This document shows, in pieces, positions 40,641 through 54,101 of a stretch of 64,000 nt of DNA (position 1 is the stretch's first letter; each line of letters starts with the position of its first letter). The stretch is from Camelus dromedarius (taxonomy: Eukaryota): NCBI RefSeq assembly GCF_036321535.1, contig NC_087437.1, positions 95,668,001 to 95,732,000 on the forward strand. The letters run 5' to 3'. The notes beneath the pieces are model-generated. The model had not been told where the DNA came from. It did not search any database and was given only the letters and a program-made list of their open reading frames with translations. A program made the position numbers and the translations under genes.

Positions 40641-42175
40641 GCAAAGATGTTTTTAAAAAATAGCTTCAGCCTGTCGTGTTACAGTCCTATAATTACAGTG
40701 TAATATATTGAATCAATTTTTCACTCCACCTTATATAAACGCTGCATAATTCTATTAGACAGCAGTCAATTCCTATAAGGAAAAATAAAAAAACAATTTA
40801 CAACAAAGTAATATTAAAATTGTGGATACTGTTTAAAAGAGCAAAGCAAAAAATTTTTTTTTCCTTTAAATTATTTTTTTAAACCACTGAATCTACTAAG
40901 ATCTGATTAAATAAAACTAGGCAGTGAGAATAAAATAAACTGAGCCTCACATTAAATTATTTGTGTAGAAAATTCCCATCAGATCTTAAAAAAAAAATAC
41001 TGTTCAGAAGTAGCATAATCGATCATAGATAGGCTATTTAGATTAAAAGACTGATAAATCCAAAGGAGAAAGCGGCAGTTAATTAAAAAGAAAATAGGAA
41101 AGGAAGAAAGAAGGGGGGGGGAAGAGAGAGAAAGGAGGGATAAAGGAAGATATTTTGTCTCAGTCATAGATCCTGCTGGGTTGAGTGATGTGAATGAAGC
41201 TGAATTATGAACAGTTGACACAATTCTTGGTTTCATCAGGCAAGTTTTGGATTTTTGCACTCTCTTTTGTGGTTGTAAATTTTGATTTCTTTTTCTTAGT
41301 ACAACCCAAAGCAACTTTCCCCACCCCTGTGAAAACCACATTGAGGCTCCATTCAGATGATTTATTTTCTTAGAACAAAAATGAACTTTCACTTTAAGCC
41401 AACTGGCTCACTGGCTCCCAAAGCATTGTGCACCCCCCACAACGGTGTCTGTGATAAATAGCTCTTGTGGGATTAGTGTTCCCACTTATTCATATCTCTT
41501 TCTTTTCCAAAATTTTCAGTAAGTTTCAAAAACAAATTTGATTCTTTTGTTTGATCCCAAGAGGGCACAAGTTACACATGATCTTGGCTACTTGCCCTTT
41601 CCATGTCTGTAACTCTAGCCAAGCTTAATGGGCCTAGAATGGAGAATCATGTCTGTATCGCTAGCAGCTTCTGTGAATACTAATGTTCCCATAACTGCTC
41701 AACATTTTTTGAGCTCTTCCTGTACTAGTTCACTTAATTTTATCATTAAACTCTTTGAAAAAGGTTGTACTATTATCCTTGCTTTATGGATGAAGGAAAA
41801 AAAAATTGAGAGAGTAAAATAACTTGTCCAAGGCAACACCCCAAGAAAAGATGGAGCCAGGATTTATTTCACCCTTAGTAGTCTGATCAGAGACTCTGCT
41901 TTTAACTATCATAATATTTTTTCTTATAGAAAATTATGGAGAAATGATAATAGCAACAATAAAAATAAGGCAAAAACATACTTTTTACATATAAAGGACA
42001 AAATCATTTGCACACATTTTTCTGTATAGTAATCCAGTAATTATGGAGAATGTGTTTTTGTCACCACTTTACAGATGAGAAGAATCAAACCTCAAAGTGA
42101 TGCTGTGAAGTGTGTACATTCTTAGGAGAAATTTGGGGGGAATGAAGTGATATCTTTGAAAATTATTGTAAAGAG

Positions 42176-42682
42176 TGTAAGAGAGGCAAAAACCCTCTTT
42201 CTCCCCTACCCATTTTAGATTCCCTGACAGGGACTCTGTAAATTAGCCTAACAAAAGACAGATTACCAAGAGAAAACCAAACAGAAGTTTATAACATTCT
42301 GTACACACAGGAATATCCAATGGTGAATAACTCTACTGGCTGGTTAGAATTTGGAGTCTATGTATTTAACTTAGTAGGGGAAAGGGAGGGGGCAAAAGTG
42401 CACTTATGGAAAAGCAAATGATTTTTTTAAAAAGATAAGTAGGCCTTTAGTAGAATATATGAGAAATCTGATATTTTGTGATAATATCTATCTGGGTGTG
42501 GTTCTTCTGATAAAAGAAGATTGAAGTTTCTCCTGGGTGGGAGATTTATGACAACTGAGTTTTTATGGGAAATTCTGCTTTTAGACAGATAAGGGATTCC
42601 AGGAATTCAGATGCCTTCAGTTCAAAATAATTCTTATGTTAAAGTGGTATATTTTGACGATGGCATGTCCTGACCCCCTTCA
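42176..42682 (-). mobile_element. MER34-like ERV1 solo LTR
   Basis: TG...CA with TSD AGAG; right end ttcaaaataattcttatgttaaagtggtatatttt...ccccttca. Confidence 0.9.
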
Positions 42683-43339
42683 AGAGCCTTGAAATGTTTT
42701 TTTAGGGAGCAGAACTTCCTTTTGAATTTGCACAGCTTGGAGTAAGTGTGGGAGAACCACGATTTTTTTGTAAACATCTTCTACATCCACTCTTATTCAA
42801 CCAGGAGGGGCTTTCCCTGATGTACTTGTGCTTAGTGACTCCCTGTCCCAACCAGCAAGCTCCTCTAGGTTTAACTGAGTTGGAAAGCCCTGAGTGTTTT
42901 CTGTTAAAAGAAAAGGCAGATGGGTCATGTAGGCTGAGTTTGAGGTCAAATCTGAATATTGAGCCTGACATCGGACAATGCATACTGAAGTTGTTTTGAC
43001 CTTTCTGGGTGGCTAGCAAGATTTCTGAGAAATCCAGCAATACTAAATAAAGTTAATGTTGTGACAAAATTCTAATTCTACAGTTATTAATTAAATTTAG
43101 GAATCATCCCCATAAATACACTGAGTAAGCTAATTTTAACTTACAGATTGATTATTAATATAGCTTTCACTGGATATATGTGTGTGTTTTGTGTGTGTGT
43201 GTGTGTGTGTACACACACATATATATATACACACATTCTTTAATAGTTGGTACCTCAAAACAGAAAGCATTTATTATGCTATTATGCTCGATGGGGGTAC
43301 AATATAATTCCCAATAAGAGAATATTGGACTAAAGCAAA

Positions 43340-43714
43340 CTTGAAAATAAAGAACAAACTGGAGGTATTATATTTCCTGACTTCAGACTATATTATAATG
43401 CCACAGTAAGCAAAACAGCATGGTACTGGCAAAAAAACAGACACATAGTGTACCCTCGTACACTGTTAGTGGGAATATAAATTGATGCAACCACTGTGGA
43501 AAACAGTAGGGAGGTTTCTCAAAAAACTAAAACTAGAACTACCATATGACCCAGAAATTCCACTCCTGGGTATATATCTGAAGAAAATGAAAACACTAAT
43601 TTGAAAAGATACATGCATCCCAATGTTTATAGCAGCATTATTTACAACAGCCAAGATATGGAAGCAACCTAAGTTTCCATCAAAAGATGAATGGATAAAG
43701 AAGATATGGTGTAT

Positions 43715-43765
<51 letters not shown>

Positions 43766-44215
43766 GGAATCTTACTCAGCCATGAAAAATAATGAAGTGC
43801 TGCCATTTGCAACAACGTGGGTAGACCTAGAGAGTATTATGAGTATTATGTTTAGTGAAATAAGTCAGTCAGAAAAAGACAAATACTCTATGTTATCACT
43901 TATATGTGGAATCTAAAAAATAAAACAAAGAAATGTATATACCAAAACAGAAACAGACTCACAGATATAGAGAGAATCAACTAGTGGTTACCAGTGGAGG
44001 GATGGAAGGGAGGGAGGGGCAAGATAGGAATAAGGGATTTAGAGTTACAAACTACTATGCATAAAATAAAATAAGCACCAAGGATGTATTGTACAGCAGA
44101 GGAAATATAGGCATTATTTTGTGGTAATTTAAATGGAGTACAGTCTTAAAAAATTGAATCATCATGTACACCTGAAACTACCATAGTATTGTAAATCGAC
44201 TATACTTCAAAAAAA
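43340..44215 (+). mobile_element. LINE-1 3' portion with internal deletion and (CA)n expansion
   Basis: ORF 43623-43916 ([29 protein letters not shown]) is the L1 ORF2 C-terminus; 3' end gtaaatcgactatacttc plus an A tail. Confidence 0.92.
43717..43763. repeat. (CA)n microsatellite inside L1
   Basis: Direct reading, about 23 uninterrupted units. Confidence 0.95.
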
Positions 44216-45043
44216 TTATAACATATAAACATAAAATTCTGAATTAATGCTTAAAAACAGAATTTTGGATGAAAACCACTTTCTATTCTGGGCATTTCTA
44301 TGTAGTGCATATTTTACATATTAAATATTATATGTATAATATTCATTTGTATATATTTTATACTTAATTTCAAAATTTACAGCTCATATAAACCTCAAGA
44401 ACATTTACTAAAATTTTAACACTTCTGCCAATGTCTTTGAACTAAACTACATAATTTTGATTCTTACATACCTTGAATTTGTTTGATATGAAATTGATGG
44501 TATAAGTAGAGGTGAAAAATGTTTAAATGCAATTTTTTTAATATAACAATTCTAAGGCAAGAAATATATGCAACTGAAAACTATGTTAATTTAGATTTGA
44601 AAGGTCCTTGTTAATATCCTCTTCTCACTCACTAGTAGACTAATTTACCTTCTCTAACCCATATGTAAATGGAAATGATAATTAACCTGCATACATTAAG
44701 GAATTGTATTAAGATACTTTGTGTGAAATTTCTTTGCTGTAAACCATAAAGAATCTTAAAATGTAAATCCTTTATATTATATAGGACCATTTTAAGAAAT
44801 AACTGAAATATTATAAAGAAAAGTGTAATAATATGGAAATGGCTCAAAACAATTGGTAAATGCCAGATCAGTTTTCTAAGTGCATATACTTAAAAAACTG
44901 TATTTTCCTTACAATTATACAGAAGTTCAGTGCAAACAATTTAGAATATACACATGAACAGAATGAGTAAACCAGTGTTGTGTATTATAAATATTCCAGT
45001 ATTTATTATACTTATTTAACAAAAAAACACATTGTTTTAACTT

Positions 45044-45602
45044 TATACAAGAGGAAAAATCATCTTTCTTCTACCCTTCTAGGTTCAAAACCTGGGGCCC
45101 ACAAATCAAACTGATAAAAGGAGATTAACAAGGAAAAAAAAAAAAAACAATTTTAGTTATGTATAAACAGCCACAAGAGTTTCACAAAGAAACAAGACTC
45201 AAGGAGGTGGCAAATGACTGAGGCTTATATACTATTTTAGACTAAACGAAGGAAGAGGAATTTGGGGCTTCTGGGTTGGGGAGACAGGTCCTCAAAGGTG
45301 ATAGGAGGAAACGTATAGCAAACAAGGTTTGTCTTGTTACTCAGTTAAGACTCTCAGGTGAGCAGAGAGTTATCTCAGGAAGTAGCTCTCTTTCCGGTAA
45401 GGGGACATCTTTACAAATGGAAATATCTTTTACAAGTGTACATTGTCTTTACAAAAGGAAAAGTCTTATATTCTATTTTTTAACAGTCAAAGGGAGATAA
45501 AGAGCTTTCCTTATGTCTACTTGTTCTCAATTTCCTTTAGTTCAAAATAATCCATGTGCCAAAGAGGTGTATTTTGGAGTGGCATATTCTAGTAGCCTTC
45601 CA
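45044..45602 (-). mobile_element. MER34-like ERV1 solo LTR
   Basis: ctacccttctagg at the left; ttcaaaataatccatgtgccaaagaggtgtattttggagtggcatattct at the right. Confidence 0.88.
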
Positions 45603-45808
45603 CTTGCATTTTTTATAATTAAAAGTCTACCTTGAAATACTTCCCATGCCATTACATCATTTTCCTCAACATTATGGTAATAGTGATATAATATTTTATG
45701 GAGTACTACTGGACAAGCACAGTTAGTGTGAAAATAAAAATGCAATTTTATGTTTGCTTTCAACATCTCTTTAACCTTTTTTCCCCCAGTTTTACAATGC
45801 AAACTGCA

Positions 45809-45809
45809 T

Positions 45810-45870
<61 letters not shown>

Positions 45871-46030
45871 ATTGAGTTACAGTCAGTTTACAATGTTGTG
45901 TCAGTTTCTGGTATACAGCATAATTCTTAGTCATACATGAATATACATATATTCATTTTCATATTCTTTTTCACTATGAGCTACTGCAAGATATTGAATA
46001 TATTTCCCTGTGCTGTGCAGTATAAACTTC
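45809..46030 (-). mobile_element. Short L1 3' end with (ATTT)n tail
   Basis: An (attt)n run followed by attgagttacagtcagtttacaatgttgtgtcagtttctggtatacagc. Confidence 0.85.
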
Positions 46031-46425
46031 CTTTAACCCTGATTTGGCCTGAGATGAAAATTCTGGTGGAACATTTGGCTTATCTTCTCACTCTTAAGAA
46101 ATGGCTGGCCTAGACGCTACTCTCACTTAATTGCAAAAAGCCTAAGATCTAAAGTTACAATTTCTGTTTAAAATCTTACTCAAAATTCTGGACTTGATTT
46201 AAAATCAAATCTTCTCTCCTTCATCTTAGGGCTGTTTCAGTCCCAAGGACTTCACAGAATGAGCAGGTCAGGTGGAGAGAGTGTTTTGTGTCCTCTCTAT
46301 TCCTCCTATTTTCCGTTTAGATGAAAAGGTCATGAAAATCCTTTCTTGGAAGTGTGCTGCAGTAGGTTGGCTTCAGGTTACTTTGAGGCTGGCCTATGTT
46401 TAAATGTGACCACCTTCTTGGAAAG

Positions 46426-46804
46426 TGTTGGAAAGGCAAAAATTTTCCTCTACCCTTCTAGGTTCTCTTGGCTGGTCTACGAATTACATTGACATGAGAC
46501 AGATTTACAGAAGAAAAATTAAACAGTTTAATAACATGTATACATGGGAGGGATCCAGGAAAACTAAGTAACTTGCCAAAATGGTTGTAGCCTTCACCTT
46601 AAACACCATCCTCAGCTAAAGACAAGAGAGGATGTGGAGGGTGGAAAGTCAGTTATGAGAAGTTTCCAGGAAAAGCACAGTAAACCAGGGTGATTGTGAT
46701 GCAAATTTAAGTCTTTGCCTTCTCCATTGATAAGAAATTCTAGAGATTTGGTCATCCTTCTCTTCCAGGTACAGAGGGGAGACCTCCCCTTATAAATGGA
46801 GATT
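46426..46804 (-). mobile_element. Truncated MER34-like ERV1 LTR
   Basis: Collinear with 2703-3085, then abruptly replaced by L1 sequence. Confidence 0.85.
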
Positions 46805-46992
46805 AGTGGGAGTGTATGGTTGTGGGTTGGGCAGAAATGGTAGCTCTTACTGGGTACAGGGTTTCTTTTTTCAGGTAATGAAAATGTTCTAAAATTGACT
46901 GTGGATATAGTTGCACAAGGCTGAATATGCTGAAAGCCATTGAATTTTTTACCTCAAATAGTATTTGAATTATATCTCAATAAAGCTATTAG
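46805..46992 (+). mobile_element. Old L1 (L1MB/MC-like) 3' terminal fragment
   Basis: gggtacagggtttctttt...gaaaatgttctaaaattgactgtgg...tatatctcaataaagct. Confidence 0.8.
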
Positions 46993-47202
46993 ATTTTTTT
47001 TTAAGTAATGAAAAAGAGTAGATCCTGTGACCACAGATTTATATATCTAGTTCTAATCTTTCAACTGAACACTAGATTGGCTGCTGTCTATTTGCTATGT
47101 CCATATGCGTGTCTCACTAGAACCCCAAATTAGATTTCCCTATCAAGACACTTGAGTTATTCCTTGATTGATATTGTCATCATCCTAGTCACTAAGACCT
47201 TA

Positions 47203-47348
47203 GTTTTGGGGGTGGAGAGAGGTAATTAGGTTTTTTAATTAATTAGTTAATTAATTAATTAATTAAACAGAGGTACTGGGGATTGAACCCAGGTCCTTGT
47301 ACATGCTAAGGTAAGCACACACTCTACCACTGAGCTATAACCTCTCCC
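47203..47348 (-). mobile_element. tRNA(Ala)-derived SINE (camelid Vic-1-like)
   Basis: Same head as the other copies; near-TSD aagacctta / aagatctta. Confidence 0.9.
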
Positions 47349-47683
47349 AAGATCTTAAAGCCTTTTAAAGCCATATTGACTCTGTCATCTCAACTTCCAA
47401 ATAAAATCAACCAACTACTCACAAAACACTTCTTAAGAAATCTATTTGGTAGTCATGACAAAGTCGGAATATTCAAGTCAACTGGAAAACTCTTGGTGAT
47501 GGCAATTTTTATCAGAGACACCTTTCAGAGTTATTTACATTTCACCTTCAAGATAGCTTTTCTTTCTCTCTGAAGTAGATATGTCAATATTTACCAGTGT
47601 TTGTAAGCAAAAGCCCTTGAGACAGAGCAGCTGGATTCAAATTCTGCCTCTACTATTAGCAGCATTGTGAACCTTAACACCTC

Positions 47684-48115
47684 TGTCATGATGAAATTTA
47701 TGTGTCAATTTGACTGGGCCACAGGGTACCTCACTATTTGGTTAAGCACTATTCTGAGTTTTTCTGTGAAGGTGTTTTTGGATAAGATTACACTGTTAAC
47801 TTGTAGTCTGAGTAAAACAGATTGCCTTCCATAATGTGAATGGGTCTCATCCAGTCAATTGAAGTCCTGAATAAAACAAAAAGACTCGTTCTTCTTCCAG
47901 TAAGAGAGAATTACTCCTGCATGACAGCCTTAGAACTGAGATACTGACTTTTATTTCTGCTTTCAGACTCAAATTGAAACATGAATTCTTTCTGGATCTC
48001 CAATTTGCTGGCCTTCAGACTGGAATGAAATCATATCTCTCCTGTTCTCAGGCCTTTGTCTAAGACTGAAACTCAGCCATCAGTTCTCCTAGGTCTGTAG
48101 CTTTCTGACATACTC
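47684..48115 (+). mobile_element. ERVL LTR (MLT2-like), 3' truncated
   Basis: tttatgtgtcaatttgactgggccacaggg...tgtgaaggtgtttttggat...ccagtcaattgaagtcctgaata is characteristic of MLT2. Confidence 0.85.
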
Positions 48116-48439
48116 TGCTTAAACCTAGGATCTTTCTTAGGGTACATGTTAGTTGTACAGTCTTTTACTCTTCTCTAAGTGGTTACCTAGAGATTTTTAT
48201 ATAAATTAATAATTTTAGACATTTAAAACATAGTTTTAAGTTAATTATATTAAATAAATTAATAATTTTACAATATACTGAACAATGTATATAACTTTAG
48301 AACACTTTTACTCCATTTACCCCTCATATTCTTTTGGTGTTATTTTTGACTTGCATATTAATACTAATTTTATTATTCAGATGTATATATCCTTGTTGAT
48401 ATCATTTTTGTTACTTGTTCTATTTGCCATTGAAAGAAG

Positions 48440-50709
48440 CATGTTTCCAACAAACAAAACCCAGGATCCAACAGCTTCATAGGCAAGTTCTATAAAACTC
48501 TTTCAAAATATTGAAGAAGAAAACCTTCCAAACACATTCTGTGAAATCAGAATTATTCTGATACCAAAACCAGACAAGGATACCACAAAAAAGAAAATTA
48601 CAGGCCAGTATCTCCGATGAACATAGCTACAAAAATGCTCAACAAAATATAAGCAAACTGAATCCAAAAATTCATTAAAAGGGTCATACAGCATGATCAA
48701 GTGGAATTTATTCCTGAAATTCAAGAATAGTTTAACATCAGCAAATCAATCGATGTGATACATTACATTAACAGAATGAAGAATAAAAATCATGTGATCA
48801 TCTCAATAAATGCAAAAAAGCATCTGACATAATTTAATATCCATTTATGACAAAAACTTTTAACAAAGTGAGTATAGAAGGAAATACCTCAACATAATAA
48901 AGGCCATATATGACAAACCCACCGCTAACATTCAATGGTGAAAAACTGAAAGCATTTCCTCTAAGATCAGGAATAAGGATGCCCACTTTTGCCATTTTTA
49001 TTAAACATAGCATTGAAAGTCATAACCACAGCAATTAAGCAAGAAAAAGACATAAAAGGCATGCAAATCAGAAAGGAATAAGTAAGATTGTCACTATTTG
49101 CAGATAACATGTTGCTATATACAGAAAACTCTAAAGACTTCACTAAAAAACTGTTAGGGCTAATAAATGAATTCAGCAAAGTCACAGCATGAAAAAAATA
49201 AATATATGTATATTTTTAGTGTTTCTATGTACATTAATAACAAAAAAATCAGAAAAAGAAATTAAGAAAATAATCCTATTCACAATTGCATCAAAAAGAA
49301 TGAAATACACAGGAGTAAATCTAACCAAGGTGATGAAAGACCTGTACAGTGGAAACTATAAGGCACTGATAAAAAAAAAAAAAATTGAAGAAGACACAAA
49401 TAAATGGAAAGCTATTCTGTATTCATAGATTAAAAGAATTAATATTGTTAAAATGTTCATATCACCCAAAGAAATCTACAGATGCAATACAATCCCTATC
49501 AAAAGTCTAATATCATATTTCACAGAATTAGAGTGAATAATACTAAAGTTTGTATGGAATCACAGAATATCCCAAATAACCAAAACAATTTTGAGAAAGA
49601 AAAACAAAGCTGGAGGTATCTTGCTCCCTCAATAAATGGTGCTGGGAAAACTAGATAGCAACATGCCAAAAAATGGAACTAGACCAATATCTTATATAAC
49701 ACACAAAAATTAACTCAAAATGGATTAAAGATTTGTATATAAGACCTGAAACCATAAAATTCCTAGAAGAAAACCTAGGTAGTAACCTCATTAACATTAG
49801 TCTTATCAATGTTTTTATAGATCAGACTCCAAAGGTAAAAAAAAAAAATACAAAAATACAAAAATAAACAAATAGGAGTACATCAGACGAAAAAGTTTTT
49901 GGACAGCAAAAGAAACTATCATCAGAACAAAAAATCAGCCTACTAAATTGGAGAAAATATTTGCAAATGATATATCCAATAACGTGTTAATATCCAAAGT
50001 ATATAAAGAACTCTTAAAAATAAACAAAAACAAAGTAAAACAACTTGATTGAAAAATGGGTAGAGAATCTGAATACACATTTTTCTTCTTATTTCTTTCA
50101 TAGGTGTGACAATCGCTGTAAATATACATTTTTCTAACAGTTGGCCAACTGGCAAATAAAAAGCTGTCCTGTTTGATACCACTAAATGTTGGAGAGTTAT
50201 AAATCAAAACCACAATGAAGTATCACCTCACACCTGATAGAATTAATATTTCCAGAAAGACAGGAAATGAAAAAAGTTGGAGATGTGGAGAAAAGGGAAA
50301 CCTTGTACACTATTGGTGGGATTTTAAATTGGTGCAGCCACCAGGATAAACAGTGTGGAGATTCCTCAGAAAATTAAGAATAGAACTACCACATAACCCA
50401 ACCATTCGATTTCTGGATATGTATCCCAAGAATACAAAATCACTAATTCAAAAAGAAATATGCACCCCTATGTTCATTGCAGCAGCATTTACAGCAGCTA
50501 AGGACAGAAACAACCTACGTGTCCATTGATGGATGAATGGGGAAATAAGATGTGGTTTACATACACAATAGAATACTACTCAGCCAGACAAGTGAATGAA
50601 ATCCTACTATTTCTGACAACATGATGGGCTCTGAAGTTCTTATGCTAAGTGAAATTTCAGACAGAGAAAAACAAATCCATATGGTTTCACTCATATATGC
50701 AATCTAAAA

Positions 50710-50776
<67 letters not shown>

Positions 50777-50980
50777 AACAAAAGCAAACTCCTAGATACA
50801 GATATGATTAGTGGTTACCAGATGAGAAGGGATTGGGGGGGTGAGCTAAATGGGTGGAAAGGAACAAATACATGGTGATGAATAACTAGACTTGTGGCGA
50901 AGATTACTTTACAGGGCATACAGATGTCAAATTATAATGCGTGCACCCATAAGAACGCAAGTAAATATAACCAGCAAAAA
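48440..50980 (+). mobile_element. 5'-truncated LINE-1 (ORF2 RT region to 3' UTR), inactivated
   Basis: ORF2 nucleotide motifs (ataccaaaaccagac, caaggatgccca-like, ctatttgcagataacatg = LFADNM, degenerate FADDM); many stops and frameshifts; (AAAT)n expansion in the 3' UTR. Confidence 0.95.
50707..50776. repeat. (AAAT)n tetranucleotide microsatellite
   Basis: About 17 consecutive units, read directly. Confidence 0.95.
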
Positions 50981-53882
50981 CTACTAGATACAAATACTCT
51001 CATGGCGTCTCCACTCTGCTTCAAGGGCTGGCAAGAGCCTCCTAGGAAGGACAGGGTGATGGTGGTAACAGCATTCAAGAAAAAGCCACCTGTGAAAGGA
51101 GTACATGACAGGAAGCTGTGTATGACACGGTGCTTGGCTGTATGGGATGGTTGAGGCAGCAAATACCACATTCATTCTTACCAGCAGACAGTTTTCACTG
51201 TGAGTCTGAATAACAACAGAGAATGAAACATATATTTAATAATCAGGATGTGAGAGTTAAGAGGCAGAGGCACCTAGTGATAATTCAGTTAGAGTGTGGT
51301 AGCTTGGTAATGGGAAGAGAGAAAGAGAGTATCTCACTTGATTCTAACACATTTAATTTATCTTTCAACTACTACCAAAAAACTGTCATTTCAGACAACA
51401 AAACATTCTGTTTCAGTCTCTGCTTAGGCCTTGCCATTGGATTTTTTCCCCCTAGGGTTAACAAGAATCAGTCATAACAGTAATTTCCTATGAAAAAGAA
51501 ATCCTATCAAGCCCATGTCTGGGTCTGCGGAGATGATGGATTTTTTTTTAATAGAGCAAAATCATTTTTGAAGAAATCAGCTTTCAAGTGTGTAAGTTTC
51601 AGTTTAGAAGTTATTTCTCACAATATTTGTTTTCTATAATTCTTTTTTTCAAAATATTAATTAGCAGAATTAAATCCATTAAGGGACACAAAATGCATCC
51701 GAAAAATAACATGATAATTTGTGTTGAAAATGAGATTGAATACTTGGGAAAAAATAAAAGAATAATAAAAGGATCTGCTCCCCCCAGAAAAGAAAGAGGC
51801 ATGTTGAAGTCTTCTTCAATAAATCAATTGGGTAAGAATCTCCATCTCAGATTCTGCTTCTATAAAATTTGACCTAACATACTCTCTGTCAGCATACCTA
51901 CAAAGTAGTCTTCATTTTTTAGGCAGCCAACAAATTCATTTCTATTTATTCTTTCCAGTAAGGACCAGAGGCCCTCAAACTTGCAGTTAGGACTCCAGAA
52001 GGTGTGATTCATTAATTTAGCCATCTGATTGATGGGCACTGTGCAGCCACAAGTTTGTTTTGCAGAGGGTAACCTTTCCATGCTCATTCAAAGGCACAGG
52101 TGGATGTGCACTGAGGAACAGGATAATGAATAGTCTCTTTTGTTCTGGCCCCGGCATTCCCTGTTCATGCCTTCAGGTAACCATGTCCTGTTGGTTGCAG
52201 CAGCTTTCAATTAGGCATGAGATAGGCTGGGAATTTTCTCCTCACTCTGTTTGAACAACCTGCTGTGGATATGGGAATAAAGACAGAGGTCAAAGATTTG
52301 TCTTGGTGGCAATTCATTTTGCAAAGTTGCAAGTATTTCTGTGCATTGGTGCCCCATTTAATTTTTTGTTAGAGGAATCAGTGTTCTTTTTTTGCAGCAG
52401 GAGCATTCTATTTCAGAGAATTTGTAAGCATCTACCCAGGGCCTTTATGATAACCTACATCTTTCACAATTTACCAGAGTTGAAGAGGGCAGCAATGAGC
52501 TACCAACCCAAGAAATACGGTTAACACGTCCGGGTCTCATGGAAATTCTCTGAGCCTCTTTAGTTGGGGTCATCCTGCTCTGCACTTGGGTTTCGTCAGC
52601 TCACTCCTCCAGACATGTGGAATTGTGGAAAGGGAAAAAAGGTGCCTTGACCTTGGTGAACAGCATGTGGATTTCTGCTCCATGCCTCATTCATTACAGA
52701 GTTCACTAAGCACTGGAGGCCAAACTCAGACTTATAAACATCCTGTTGTCAAGAAACCGAGTAGACATGAACATTTCTGAAAACTATGTCGGTGTCAGTT
52801 GTACATGAGGCACTAACTAGGGACAATGGATACTGTAAAAAATTGGATTAAAAATATTGAGGCAGTATGAAGTGCTGGAGTTTTCATAGAAACAGACAAT
52901 ATATGATTTTGAAAAATATTTCTGGAAAAGAATAATCAATGTTCGCTGATTTTTAAATGTATGGAGTAGAGGACAGAAATGAGGGGAAAAAACCCATGAA
53001 AAATAAATGATTCCTAAATTGACTAATACTTGCACCTACTTTAGGTGCTGAGAGAGTTAATAAATGTTAATGTGCATGTGATATACTTTGAAATTCCCTT
53101 ACTGTTTTTCCAATTGTTTTGCTTCTGAACTTGATGATATATAATTTTGATTAGAAAGGAGAAATAATCAGGTTGCTTTCTATGCCAGATTTGTTCTTAT
53201 CTGGTTGCTATGACAATCTCCTTCGACAGTTTTCTTTTTTCTCCCTCTTTTGTGGATTTATCTCTTTTTGATGTTATGAAAAGAGTTTTCCTAGGTAAGG
53301 AATTTGATTTCTTTACGCTTAAAGGATTTTTAAGAAATAAAAAAAGCTTCCAGTCAAAGCCTCTGCATTCCTGGGTGTCATGTCTTATTTAGGATTTAAA
53401 ATGAAAAAGTTGATACCTCTTGAAAAAAAAAAATGAGGAAGAAGCAAGTCTTTTGTGGAGAATCTAAATCTTTATTTCTTCCACGTTACATGAACTGATT
53501 GCGTCCTCTGTCATTGTTCTCTGCACATAAAGGTTTATTTCTCTACTTGATGTTCATGTTATTATTTTGTCATAGATGGTGTTAAACAATAAAATACTTC
53601 CCTAGATCTCTAATTCATCTGGAGGAGTGGATTTTAAAGAAGAGAACACTGAACTTTAAGTTAGAAACCTAAATTCCTGCCCCGATTTTGTCACGAAAAA
53701 TCAATCTAACTTTGGAAAAATCACCTATGATACCATGAGCTGTGACTTTTTTCTTTTTAAAAAGAGATTGTTAAACCATGCAATTCTCCCCAGTTTAACA
53801 ACAATGTAACTCTTTGTATGGCCCCTTTTTTTTATTGAATTATTTAAGTTATCTTCTTAATTCATTTTTTAAGAGAGTTATG

Positions 53883-54101
53883 GCCATCAAATCAGAGGTC
53901 AGCTACCTGCTAACACATGACTTGTGTATATACTGCAGAAGGTCTAAATTTGATTTAAACATCATGCGAGTTTGTGTATGTGTTCATAGCTATGTGTGAC
54001 TCAGGGACCTAATATTTATATCTATCTCCCTTTAATTGCTTGATCTGTCTCAAATTAACATCACATATTTCACAATAAGGGTGGTGTCTCATATTTGTAC
54101 T
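53883..54101 (+). repeat. 219-bp direct repeat, copy 1
   Basis: Ungapped manual alignment to 55482-55700, about 24 mismatches (about 89% identity). Confidence 0.95.

Noticed and set aside
43623..43916. His/Thr-repeat protein
   Set aside because: It is a (CA)n microsatellite read in frame inside an L1 ORF2 relic.
2703..46804. Similar same-orientation LTRs at 2703 and 46426 as the two ends of one provirus
   Set aside because: They are 44 kb apart, I saw no gag/pol/env or primer-binding-site sequence between them, and the intervening DNA contains older elements.
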